The position numbers were made by a program, and so were the translations under genes. A DNA stretch of 64,000 bases from a virus. The notes under the pieces were generated by a model. It was not told the origin of the DNA, ran no database searches, and saw nothing but the letters and a program-made list of their open reading frames with translations. Location: positions 66,131 through 130,130 of IMG/VR virus record IMGVR_UViG_3300033552_000001; one strand, 5' to 3'. Shown here one piece after another: positions 28,634 to 36,602 of this stretch (positions are counted from its first letter, which is position 1; the number at the start of each line of letters is the position of its first letter).

Positions 28634-28888
28634 TTATTTATTTTTAAATTTTGTTAATTCATGAATATAATCTTCCCATCTAAACTTACACAGTTCTAAT
28701 ATATCATTATAATTATCTTCTTTATCTTCTGTATCTGTAAATAATAAAATAATAGAATTGTGAGAAATAAAATTGCAAGTTGATGTAATAATTACATTAA
28801 ATCTATTTCCAGCTTCAAGCATTTCATCAGAAGTATATAATTTATCCAATGCTACTACTATTCTTTTATACTTATCAAGTTTATTCAT
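28634..28888 (-). CDS. Hypothetical protein
   Basis: Operon packing. Confidence 0.5.
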   Translation of the reverse strand: MNKLDKYKRIVVALDKLYTSDEMLEAGNRFNVIITSTCNFISHNSIILLFTDTEDKEDNYNDILELCKFRWEDYIHELTKFKNK

Positions 28889-29126
28889 TTTTATGTTGTT
28901 TTAAACATTCTATAATTTCAGCTCCTGTCTTATTAAAGTTTTTAGCTAAATTAGCAGCAACTAAAACATCTTCAATAGTATATAAATTTTCTTTGGCTTG
29001 TAAATACCCAAAATAAAATCCTTCTTGTTTGGAATCAAATTCAATTTCTGATTGTATTCCTGGAAAACAAAAACAATGTTCAAATGCTAATTGCCAAGCT
29101 TCTTCATTTAATCCTTTTTCATTCAT
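28881..29126 (-). CDS. Hypothetical protein
   Basis: Operon packing. Confidence 0.5.
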   Translation of the reverse strand: MNEKGLNEEAWQLAFEHCFCFPGIQSEIEFDSKQEGFYFGYLQAKENLYTIEDVLVAANLAKNFNKTGAEIIECLKQHKNE

Positions 29127-29128
29127 GA

Positions 29129-29434
29129 TTATTTTAGTTTAAATTCATCAAATTCTTCATATATAACTTCACCTTTTGTTTGTTGGCATTTTCCATTATT
29201 ATAATAATTACGCCAAAAATCACCACTTTCTTCACCTTCACCAGTTAATTGAAATGTTGTATCTGGATATTTTAAAGAATATTGTAACATATCTTCATGA
29301 GTATCATACCATTTTATTAAACCATTATCCCAATCATCTCCATAACTATTGGCATCTCCTATTTCAGAAACATAATCAATTTCTTTATCTTCTCCTTTAA
29401 TAACTTTTAAATCAAAGTTTGTGTAATATCCCAT
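29129..29434 (-). CDS. Conserved hypothetical phage protein (MGYYT...KWY...YP...F.L.GEGEESGDFW)
   Basis: Recognisable phage motif LTGEGEESGDFWRNYYNNGK; function unknown. Confidence 0.6.
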   Translation of the reverse strand: MGYYTNFDLKVIKGEDKEIDYVSEIGDANSYGDDWDNGLIKWYDTHEDMLQYSLKYPDTTFQLTGEGEESGDFWRNYYNNGKCQQTKGEVIYEEFDEFKLK

Positions 29435-29445
29435 ATTATTGTTGT

Positions 29446-30135
29446 TTATTGAATAACTAATTTATTATTTATTAATAACTCACTATTTTTAACTCCTTTT
29501 TTAATTACCTTTTTGTATTTAAGTCCTACAATTACAGGTATATCTTTAAATTTAATAATATTATCATCTTCATCACCATTTACTACTTGCCATCCTTCAT
29601 ATTCAGTTGGAACTTCTTTAAATACTAATGCTACTGGTTTATTATCTTTTAGTAATTTACTCCATATATGCTTTGTGTCTTGTTGTCCTGAATATAGAGT
29701 AAAATAGTTAGGGATTTCTAAATATGGAGATGAGGGAGACTTTACATAATCCAAAAATTGAGTAGTTGGACACAATTCAAATAGATTTTTACCTTCATAA
29801 TGAATATCTTTCCATTGAATTTCTGAAAATACATTTGGTCTTACTGTAAAGTTTTTATAAACACTACTTTGATAATTAATTTCAGTGGATAACATTCTTA
29901 AAAACTCTACATTATTTTCATTAAATAATTGAGTTCTTTTAAGCCTTTTATTATATACAGTTGGTAGGCTTGAATGTCCAGAGGATTGTAAACAAACTGA
30001 AATACAGCTTTTTGATGCCCATTTACAAAGGTTTTCTCCTCCTCCTGATGTATGTGGTAATAATTCCAGCCCCATTTGAACTAGTCCTTGTTTAAATGCT
30101 TTTTGTAATTTATAATTTGAATTTAAAAGTTGCAT
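29446..30135 (-). CDS. Gp88-family protein
   Basis: NLCKWASKSCISVCLQSSG, RLKRTQLF, VRPNVFSEIQW, QFLDYVK, WQVVNGDEDD...IVGLKYK. Confidence 0.7.
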   Translation of the reverse strand: MQLLNSNYKLQKAFKQGLVQMGLELLPHTSGGGENLCKWASKSCISVCLQSSGHSSLPTVYNKRLKRTQLFNENNVEFLRMLSTEINYQSSVYKNFTVRPNVFSEIQWKDIHYEGKNLFELCPTTQFLDYVKSPSSPYLEIPNYFTLYSGQQDTKHIWSKLLKDNKPVALVFKEVPTEYEGWQVVNGDEDDNIIKFKDIPVIVGLKYKKVIKKGVKNSELLINNKLVIQ

Positions 30136-30320
30136 TATTTTTTATTATTTTGATTGTTAAATTCTATTAGTAGTTCTAGTGTAACAATTTGAGCTTTGAA
30201 AAGATCAATTGCTCCATTTAAAACTGTACAATTTTTATTTATTTCAATAATATCAGTATACTTTTTTAATTTAGTTTTAGTATATTCTAAATATTCTTCA
30301 ACTTTGTCTATTAACTCCAT
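30135..30320 (-). CDS. Hypothetical protein (tandem paralogue B)
   Basis: MELIDKVEE...LIEFNNQNN. Confidence 0.6.
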   Translation of the reverse strand: MELIDKVEEYLEYTKTKLKKYTDIIEINKNCTVLNGAIDLFKAQIVTLELLIEFNNQNNKK

Positions 30321-30495
30321 TGTTTTGATTGTTAAATTCTATTAATCTTTCAAATGTGATAGTTTGGACTTCATAAAATATAATAGCATCCTTATAAAAA
30401 GGAGATTCACCATATTCTATTACAAGTGATTTATATTTTTCTAATTTAAAATTAGCAATTTTTAAACAATCTTCAATTTTATCTATTAGCTCCAT
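30298..30495 (-). CDS. Hypothetical protein (tandem paralogue A)
   Basis: MELIDKIED...LIEFNNQNN; start moved to 30495. Confidence 0.6.
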   Translation of the reverse strand: MELIDKIEDCLKIANFKLEKYKSLVIEYGESPFYKDAIIFYEVQTITFERLIEFNNQNNGVNRQS

Positions 30496-30496
30496 A

Positions 30497-30691
30497 TCAT
30501 TTTGATTTATGTTTAATGAGTAGTACAAACCAAGACAGAAAACAACTAATTAGAAGTGCTATCTTATCTTTTTGACTAAACAGTTTATTCTTTTCAGCAA
30601 TAGTATTAAAATCTCTACTACTGAAAACAAAAATTAAATAGCAGAGATTATGAATAACCCCTGCTATGTAAATTATTAATATTACTTTCAT
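30497..30691 (-). CDS. Small two-TM membrane protein
   Basis: Two hydrophobic segments. Confidence 0.5.
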   Translation of the reverse strand: MKVILIIYIAGVIHNLCYLIFVFSSRDFNTIAEKNKLFSQKDKIALLISCFLSWFVLLIKHKSK

Positions 30692-30945
30692 TTCAATTTA
30701 TAAATTATTTTATTAACTCTTACTTCCAATAATCTTTTAGCATCAAATTGTTTAATACCTTCTTTCATTGTTTTAAATTGATAATATCCCAATTCACTTA
30801 AATGATTATTAAATTGACCATTAATAGTTCTAATTGTTTTATCTTCTTTAATGAATGTGATAGTAACTAACTTGTTTTTATTATTGATTAATAAATGAAT
30901 CAATTCAGTTTTAGTTACTTTTATTGTTTCTTTTAAATCTTTCAT
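30688..30945 (-). CDS. SH3/Sm-like beta-barrel (WYL_2-like) small protein
   Basis: VTITFIKEDKTIRTING...IKQFDAKRLLEV. Confidence 0.5.
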   Translation of the reverse strand: MKDLKETIKVTKTELIHLLINNKNKLVTITFIKEDKTIRTINGQFNNHLSELGYYQFKTMKEGIKQFDAKRLLEVRVNKIIYKLK

Positions 30946-30958
30946 TTTGTTTGTTTAT

Positions 30959-31351
30959 TTAACTCATTCTATAAATATAATATATATTACCCCAATTACC
31001 TTTAATAATAGTTTCTCTTCCATCATATCCAGAAATAAATGAACCTCTTCCATTTATTTCTGAATTTCTTTTAAATAAAGAAAAGGAAACAGAATTATGA
31101 TAAATTTCAGGAATTTCAGGCAAAACTAATTCTGTAAAATAGTTGCTAATAACAGCATCCCATTTTTCTTCCATTTCAGTTTCATTCAAAATCATGTAAT
31201 TATTACATTCTGTTTCATCAAAATTATTACCTTCAGAATAATCTAATACTTCTTCATCTGAATTTTCATAATAATATTCACCATCTTTTTCATAAATATC
31301 TATATTTAGAAAATCTAATAATGCTAATTTCTTTTCTGATTCTTCTTGCAT
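30959..31351 (-). CDS. Acidic protein, weakly ArdA-C-like
   Basis: Very D/E-rich; LPEIPEIY...FKRN...GRGSFISGYDGRE...YYIYR. Confidence 0.45.
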   Translation of the reverse strand: MQEESEKKLALLDFLNIDIYEKDGEYYYENSDEEVLDYSEGNNFDETECNNYMILNETEMEEKWDAVISNYFTELVLPEIPEIYHNSVSFSLFKRNSEINGRGSFISGYDGRETIIKGNWGNIYYIYRMS

Positions 31352-31560
31352 ATTATTGTTTGTTTATTATTTTCAAATTCTACAAAAGCTAACATAGCTT
31401 TATATGGACTAATTTGTTCAATTCTATATTCTTCAAAGAAACTGATATTAATAAAAATATCCCATTTACTATATCCATAACTTTCATTTGTATAGCTGTC
31501 TGAAAGATTTTCCTCCCAGACAGCATTCATATAATTTTGTATATTTTCAAATGGATTCAT
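31324..31560 (-). CDS. Hypothetical protein
   Basis: Operon packing. Confidence 0.5.
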   Translation of the reverse strand: MNPFENIQNYMNAVWEENLSDSYTNESYGYSKWDIFINISFFEEYRIEQISPYKAMLAFVEFENNKQTIICKKNQKRN

Positions 31561-32070
31561 TTATTTAAAATTATTTGAATCAATAAAAGAAAAGTTCTTT
31601 AAAAGTTTTCCTGCTACATTTACCACAACATAAGGAAATTCTTTACTATCAGTTTCTTTAATAAAAGTTTCAATTTTAACACCTTTTTTATTAGGATGTT
31701 CTCCTGTTAAATATAAATTTTGTGTAATGCAGGCTTCTTGATAGTTTTTACAAAATTTAGTATTATTACTTTTATTTACAGCATCACATTCAATTTGATA
31801 TTCTTTATCAGTAATTTGTAATAAATAATAAGCATTGGCTAAACACCATTGAGCATCTACAAAACCATTTAATTGTTCACTTCTATCATCATCTTTTACT
31901 GCTTGAATCATTTCATCAATTTCCTCATTAGTAATTAATTTAACCAATTCTAATTCCTTAATTAGATCTTTTTTTGTTTTTGGTAATTCTTTACCAACTG
32001 ATAACCAATCTACTGTGTTTTTAATTACTGACATGTTGTTTGTTTTTATAATTTCTTTCCCGTTAAACAA
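31561..32070 (-). CDS. MazG-like / PRA-PH-type NTP pyrophosphohydrolase
   Basis: LITNEEIDEMIQAVKDDDRSEQLNGFVD...VNKSNNTKF matches the EExxE...D..E..D..D / SN.SK pattern, with one Asp replaced by Asn. Confidence 0.7.
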   Translation of the reverse strand: MFNGKEIIKTNNMSVIKNTVDWLSVGKELPKTKKDLIKELELVKLITNEEIDEMIQAVKDDDRSEQLNGFVDAQWCLANAYYLLQITDKEYQIECDAVNKSNNTKFCKNYQEACITQNLYLTGEHPNKKGVKIETFIKETDSKEFPYVVVNVAGKLLKNFSFIDSNNFK

Positions 32071-32288
32071 TAATAAATATTTTCAAATTGATGTTGGTAA
32101 ATTGTTAATGAATGTTCTGGTAATACTACAATAGGTTCACTTTCATCACCAATTGATAAACTAAAATCTTCACAATAAATAAAGTAAATATATTGATTGT
32201 AGTTTAAATGATATTCATTACAATCTTCATAAGTTTTAATAAAAAATCCTTTTTCTATTAACCATTTTTCATCTATTAATTTTTCCAT
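32046..32288 (-). CDS. Hypothetical protein
   Basis: LIDEKWLIEKGF...IYQHQFENIYYCLTGKKL, a common Bacteroidota-phage small-protein pattern. Confidence 0.55.
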   Translation of the reverse strand: MEKLIDEKWLIEKGFFIKTYEDCNEYHLNYNQYIYFIYCEDFSLSIGDESEPIVVLPEHSLTIYQHQFENIYYCLTGKKL

Positions 32289-32289
32289 T

Positions 32290-32631
32290 TTATATTAAAT
32301 AAGATTCTATTCCTTTTATATCCAAATGACTCAAATCACCATCTTCATTTATATACTGAACACATCCATCATATTGTGAGATAATTAAATAATGTGCATT
32401 AAAATAATTAATTACTTTACCAACATAAATTTCTTGTTTGGTTTGAAATTCTTCCATTGAATATCCTTCATATTTTTCAAGAAAAAGGTAATAAGCCATA
32501 TCAAAAATTACATGAATTGCTTTTAAAATTTTAAATTCTGGATCAGCAATAAGATAACCTAACCAATTGTGATCTACAACAGTTGTTGGGTCAATTTCAT
32601 CTATAATTGTTTGTGCTTCTTGTTTTGTCAT
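32290..32631 (-). CDS. Hypothetical protein
   Basis: Operon packing. Confidence 0.55.
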   Translation of the reverse strand: MTKQEAQTIIDEIDPTTVVDHNWLGYLIADPEFKILKAIHVIFDMAYYLFLEKYEGYSMEEFQTKQEIYVGKVINYFNAHYLIISQYDGCVQYINEDGDLSHLDIKGIESYLI

Positions 32632-32635
32632 AATT

Positions 32636-32812
32636 TTAATTATTTAAATCTGTATTTGTAATATTACAATGTGAAACATAAAAATTATAATCTTCTTTCA
32701 AGCAATAACTTTCTGCTTTACATTCAGCATCATCAAAGTTTTTACTTTTGTATGTTTTACTTTCAACAATTTTATCATCCAAGTAAAAATAAAATTTATA
32801 TGTATGTGTCAT
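32636..32812 (-). CDS. Hypothetical 58-aa protein missing from the ORF track
   Basis: MTHTYKFYFYLDDKIVESK...; fills the gap, ATGA-type overlap. Confidence 0.45.
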   Translation of the reverse strand: MTHTYKFYFYLDDKIVESKTYKSKNFDDAECKAESYCLKEDYNFYVSHCNITNTDLNN

Positions 32813-33021
32813 TTTATATAATTTGTTAATGCATTTATTACTTGCTTTAAATGTTCATAATTTTTAATTCTTACTAAAGGTTCAGTGTCTGGAAATCCAT
32901 CATTGTAAAATATTAATTCATTAGTAATAACATTGAATTCATATTCAAAATCATTACTGTAATAAATTCTACCAATAGAATCAGAATTAAATCCTAATTC
33001 ATTTAATTGTTGTCCTGTCAT
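32809..33021 (-). CDS. Hypothetical protein
   Basis: Start moved to MTGQQLNELGF. Confidence 0.5.
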   Translation of the reverse strand: MTGQQLNELGFNSDSIGRIYYSNDFEYEFNVITNELIFYNDGFPDTEPLVRIKNYEHLKQVINALTNYIK

Positions 33022-33188
33022 AATAATTCTATTTGTATGTCTTCTTCTATAATTTTTGTGAGACAATTATCTTTTGTTAAAATTTTTTCTGCATTTTCTG
33101 CCAGTTTTAATGTATTAAAAACCCCCCAAACAGAATCTTTATTAGGACTATCTAAATCTAATACAATATATACTTTTTGCTTTTCCAT
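33018..33188 (-). CDS. Hypothetical 56-aa protein missing from the ORF track
   Basis: MEKQKVYIVLDLDSPNKDSVWGVFNTLKLAE...; ATGA overlap. Confidence 0.45.
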   Translation of the reverse strand: MEKQKVYIVLDLDSPNKDSVWGVFNTLKLAENAEKILTKDNCLTKIIEEDIQIELL

Positions 33189-33201
33189 TACTTGATTTTT
33201 T

Positions 33202-33645
33202 TTATTGTGATTTTATTGCTAAATTTTCTAAAAAAGAATAATAAAAATCATAATATTCATTAAATTTATCTTGAGCTTTTTCTGTATAAATAAGAATTTC
33301 GTCCTCTTCAATCCATATTAAATCATCTATTTCTTTTTCATTTTTCTCCTTATATGTATTATTAAACTCTGCAATTAAATCTAATTCAGCTAATTCTGAT
33401 GCTACTTGCAAGATATTAACTTTAATCTCATCTGTATTCATTTTTATTTTTTTAAGTTTTAAATTATATTTACCTAATAAATTTTTTAATTCCATTAATG
33501 ATCCTTTTCCAAACCCTTTAATTTTTAATAAATCTTTTTCACTATACTCAGTAAATTGATCTAAATAAAGAATGTTATGTCTGTAAAAACAATTAAACAA
33601 TCTTACAGTCATATCTAAATTCTTGAAAATAATTTTATCTTTCAT
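33202..33645 (-). CDS. RNA polymerase alpha-CTD-like domain fused to an acidic helical domain
   Basis: NLDMTVRLFNCF...YSEKDLLKIKGFGKGSLMELK aligns with alpha-CTD DLELTVRSANCL...[20 protein letters not shown]; C-terminal half is paralogous to 35049..35285. Confidence 0.8.
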   Translation of the reverse strand: MKDKIIFKNLDMTVRLFNCFYRHNILYLDQFTEYSEKDLLKIKGFGKGSLMELKNLLGKYNLKLKKIKMNTDEIKVNILQVASELAELDLIAEFNNTYKEKNEKEIDDLIWIEEDEILIYTEKAQDKFNEYYDFYYSFLENLAIKSQ

Positions 33646-34553
33646 TTTCTTTTTTCCTCGATGCTTGCTTCTAAAAGAACTGAATACAAAATTGTATCAG
33701 ATATTTTCTCTGCAAGAGCTTCTTTTGAAGGTAATTTACCAATAGTATTAATATCAGTTACAATATCTTGTAATGAAATAAGATGTTTTAACAGAAATCC
33801 CCATAATACTTTTTCTCTACATTCACCAGTAAATGCACTACCAACATCAAAGTTGTGAAATGGGTTTGCATTTCTCCTGTATTCCAAAGATTTTACTGTC
33901 ATCAACTCCTTAATATAACTAAGTCTATTACTAACAATTGTATCAAAATCAAATTCAGCAATCTTATTTTCTGGTTTTGCAAGTTGTTGTTGATTCACAA
34001 GATTAATAGCATTAGTAATGGATTTACAAGAAAGATCTATATTATATTTATCAACAGGATAAGTAAGACAATTAACAAAATCATCAATTTCCACTAAATC
34101 AAAAGTTTCTCCTATTAATTGATTAATTGGTATTTGAGTATCATCTTTTAAATAAGAATCAATCTCTTTTACAATATCATCTTTAACTGGAAATCCAACA
34201 TTATTAAAATATTCTTTATTGCTAGTTTCATCAATTATTATTTTAGTAAGATAAGCTGATGGTATTTGTAATGCTTTTAAATTACCTTTTTCAAAATTAG
34301 TAATTCCTAATTGTACTCTGGTTTGTAAATTCAAAAAGCTTTGAATATGTTTTTTTAAATTAAGCTCATATAAAGTATTGCCTTTTGAGTAATAAAGAAA
34401 GTCTCTATTAATTTCATCTTTTAAACTAATTCTAATATGAAATGGATGTACAGCTGATTTATATCCAGCTACTGCAAATTGTGGAAAATCCCAATCTTTA
34501 TTATCAAGATTTAATTGTTTATTAAATTTCTGTTTGAATTCTGCTTTTGTCAT
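33642..34553 (-). CDS. Protein with C-terminal DUF1599/Nmad1-like (MazG-superfamily) helical domain
   Basis: KSLEYRRNANPFHNF...VLWGFLLKHL.SL.D...EKISDTILYSVLL; the N-terminal ~200 aa are unrecognised. Confidence 0.45.
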   Translation of the reverse strand: MTKAEFKQKFNKQLNLDNKDWDFPQFAVAGYKSAVHPFHIRISLKDEINRDFLYYSKGNTLYELNLKKHIQSFLNLQTRVQLGITNFEKGNLKALQIPSAYLTKIIIDETSNKEYFNNVGFPVKDDIVKEIDSYLKDDTQIPINQLIGETFDLVEIDDFVNCLTYPVDKYNIDLSCKSITNAINLVNQQQLAKPENKIAEFDFDTIVSNRLSYIKELMTVKSLEYRRNANPFHNFDVGSAFTGECREKVLWGFLLKHLISLQDIVTDINTIGKLPSKEALAEKISDTILYSVLLEASIEEKRK

Positions 34554-34747
34554 GTTGTTTTTATTTATTTAATTTTAAATTAATGAGAATATAAACTCTT
34601 TACTAGAACAATTAATATTATCTAATTCACCAAGTTCAAAAATTTCTAAATTAGATCCCCAAACAGGATCAACTGTTGTTGTATGCATTTTAATACTAAA
34701 ATCTTCTAAGTTATTGTCTTGGATTATTTTAATTAATTCTTTTCCTG

Positions 34748-35059
34748 TCATAATAGATTTTTATTTATTTTTAAAAATATTTTAAAATACTCTTCTTCAA
34801 ATTTACTTTTTGTTATTTCAATTTGAAAGTTTGCCAATGAAACTAATACTATTTGTACACAATTTTCTTTTATTTTTAATACAGCAAAAAGAATATCATA
34901 AATAGTGTTATGAGAATAATCAATAACTTTTATAAAAGAATTATCGCATGCATAACATTTACCAATATAATATTTATATCTTTTTTCAGTTTTTTCAATT
35001 TGATTGTATTCTATTTGGAGAAGTTTTATTTTTTTTAATATATCCTCTTTATTTTCCAT
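34748..35059 (-). CDS. Hypothetical protein
   Basis: Operon packing. Confidence 0.5.
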   Translation of the reverse strand: MENKEDILKKIKLLQIEYNQIEKTEKRYKYYIGKCYACDNSFIKVIDYSHNTIYDILFAVLKIKENCVQIVLVSLANFQIEITKSKFEEEYFKIFLKINKNLL

Positions 35060-35285
35060 GTTTTTTAATTGCTAATTTCTCTATCACATCATAAAACTCA
35101 TAATAATAATCATTAAATATTTCCTGTGCTTCTTCTTTGTAAGTTGTAATTTCTTTAGATTCATTGAATATTAAAGCGTGTACTTCTTCATCTGTATATC
35201 CTAAATTATTCATTTCATATCTTTCAACTAACTTTAATTCAGCTAGTTCACTCACAAGCTCTAATAAATTTATTTCTATATTCAT
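35049..35285 (-). CDS. Acidic helical protein, stand-alone paralogue of the C-domain of 33202
   Basis: INLLELVSELAEL...YKEEAQEIFNDYY..FY..IEKLAIK. Confidence 0.65.
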   Translation of the reverse strand: MNIEINLLELVSELAELKLVERYEMNNLGYTDEEVHALIFNESKEITTYKEEAQEIFNDYYYEFYDVIEKLAIKKHGK

Positions 35286-35296
35286 ATTTGTAAATA

Positions 35297-35317
35297 GAAA
35301 AGAGGAATTACCTCTTT
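35297..35317 (-). terminator. Possible terminator hairpin
   Basis: AAAGAGG-aatta-CCTCTTT; weak U-tract. Confidence 0.35.
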
Positions 35318-35330
35318 CCTAAGTTTAATG

Positions 35331-35708
35331 TTAAAATGAATTTAAATAATTGATTCTACTCACTTCTTGTTTTTTAATACTTACATCATCACACCATCTT
35401 ACATCTGCATGAAAACCCATATAATTCTTATCAGTTTTATGGTATATAAAAGCATTGTTGTATATAATCTTTTCAGGAAATAAAGAATGGCAAAGTCCTG
35501 ATGAATAACTGTAATTGCTTTTTGGTGTTACTAATACTAAATTACCTTTTAACTCATGGTGAGTTACACTTGTTGTATTAAACAGTCTCATTAATACTAC
35601 ATCATTAATTTCAACTACTGATTCTAATGTAACATTTTTAAATTTTGTATTAAACATTGTTAGCTTTTGCATTTTATTGTTATTTATTGGTTGTGGCAAT
35701 ATTGCCAT
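35331..35708 (-). CDS. Hypothetical protein
   Basis: ORF in a packed operon; start could be 35672. Confidence 0.5.
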   Translation of the reverse strand: MAILPQPINNNKMQKLTMFNTKFKNVTLESVVEINDVVLMRLFNTTSVTHHELKGNLVLVTPKSNYSYSSGLCHSLFPEKIIYNNAFIYHKTDKNYMGFHADVRWCDDVSIKKQEVSRINYLNSF

Positions 35709-35719
35709 TTATTATTATT

Positions 35720-36175
35720 TTAAATTAAATCTCTTCTAAAAAACTTACCAGCAATATTCTCATTAAAAGAATCTTTTTCTAATACTTCTAAGATATATTG
35801 CATTTTCTGCTCGTGGTATTTTACAGATTTTTCTGATTTACAAAATACTAATATTTCTTTATTGTAATTACCAGGATTTTTTAAAACTAACTCTGATAGT
35901 AATTTACTTGAAGAATTATAAGATTGCCAATTAGACTCTTTTGTTTCTATTTTAAATAGCTTCTTTCTTTTATCAGTAGAAATTTCAGATTTTAATAACT
36001 TCTTTTTTCTGTTTGTATAAAAACCTTTATACCCAATATATATTTTATTGCTTGTTGTTTCTGTTATTTTATAAACAAAAAACTTCATGTCAATAGGTAT
36101 ACTATTAACTATTTGGTTTTTATACAACCAAGTCTTATCATTTCTATTCCTAATTACTGATACTCTTTTAGCCAT
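35720..36175 (-). CDS. Short GIY-YIG nuclease (catalytic domain only; T4-like-phage type)
   Basis: FVYKITETTSNKIYIGYK...ESNWQSYNSSS...KEIL...KYHEQKMQ...FNENI. Confidence 0.75.
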   Translation of the reverse strand: MAKRVSVIRNRNDKTWLYKNQIVNSIPIDMKFFVYKITETTSNKIYIGYKGFYTNRKKKLLKSEISTDKRKKLFKIETKESNWQSYNSSSKLLSELVLKNPGNYNKEILVFCKSEKSVKYHEQKMQYILEVLEKDSFNENIAGKFFRRDLI

Positions 36176-36585
36176 TATTCTATGTATTTAAATGTGTATA
36201 TTTCTCCTGCTTTATACCCTTCTTTACAAGATCTGCTAATATTTCCTTTATTAATATTTGTTAATTCTTCAGCTTCTGACATGCTAAAATAAACACAAAT
36301 CAATTTATCTTTATAATATTTAGCAATAGGAATTCTTTTAACACCATGATTTGATTTTGTGACATCTCCAATAATAACAGGTAATATACAACTTTTAGTA
36401 AGAACAGGTTTAAACACTAATTGATAATTTTTTACTGAAGTAGATAAACAAGTTTTATAACTTCTTATAATTTGTTTAGTTAGTTCAAATTCTTTTTCTA
36501 AATATTCAGAATTGTCACTACTATCTATAAAATGGCCTTCCAAATCATAAATGCCAATTATATAATCAATTTTATTAATTTCCAT
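36175..36585 (-). CDS. Double NUMOD1-like DNA-binding protein, no nuclease domain (copy B)
   Basis: IGIYDLEGHFID... and IAKYYKDKLICVYFSMSEAEELTNINKGNISRSC...YTFKYIE. Confidence 0.65.
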   Translation of the reverse strand: MEINKIDYIIGIYDLEGHFIDSSDNSEYLEKEFELTKQIIRSYKTCLSTSVKNYQLVFKPVLTKSCILPVIIGDVTKSNHGVKRIPIAKYYKDKLICVYFSMSEAEELTNINKGNISRSCKEGYKAGEIYTFKYIE

Positions 36586-36602
36586 TTGTTTATTTTTAAG
36601 TA

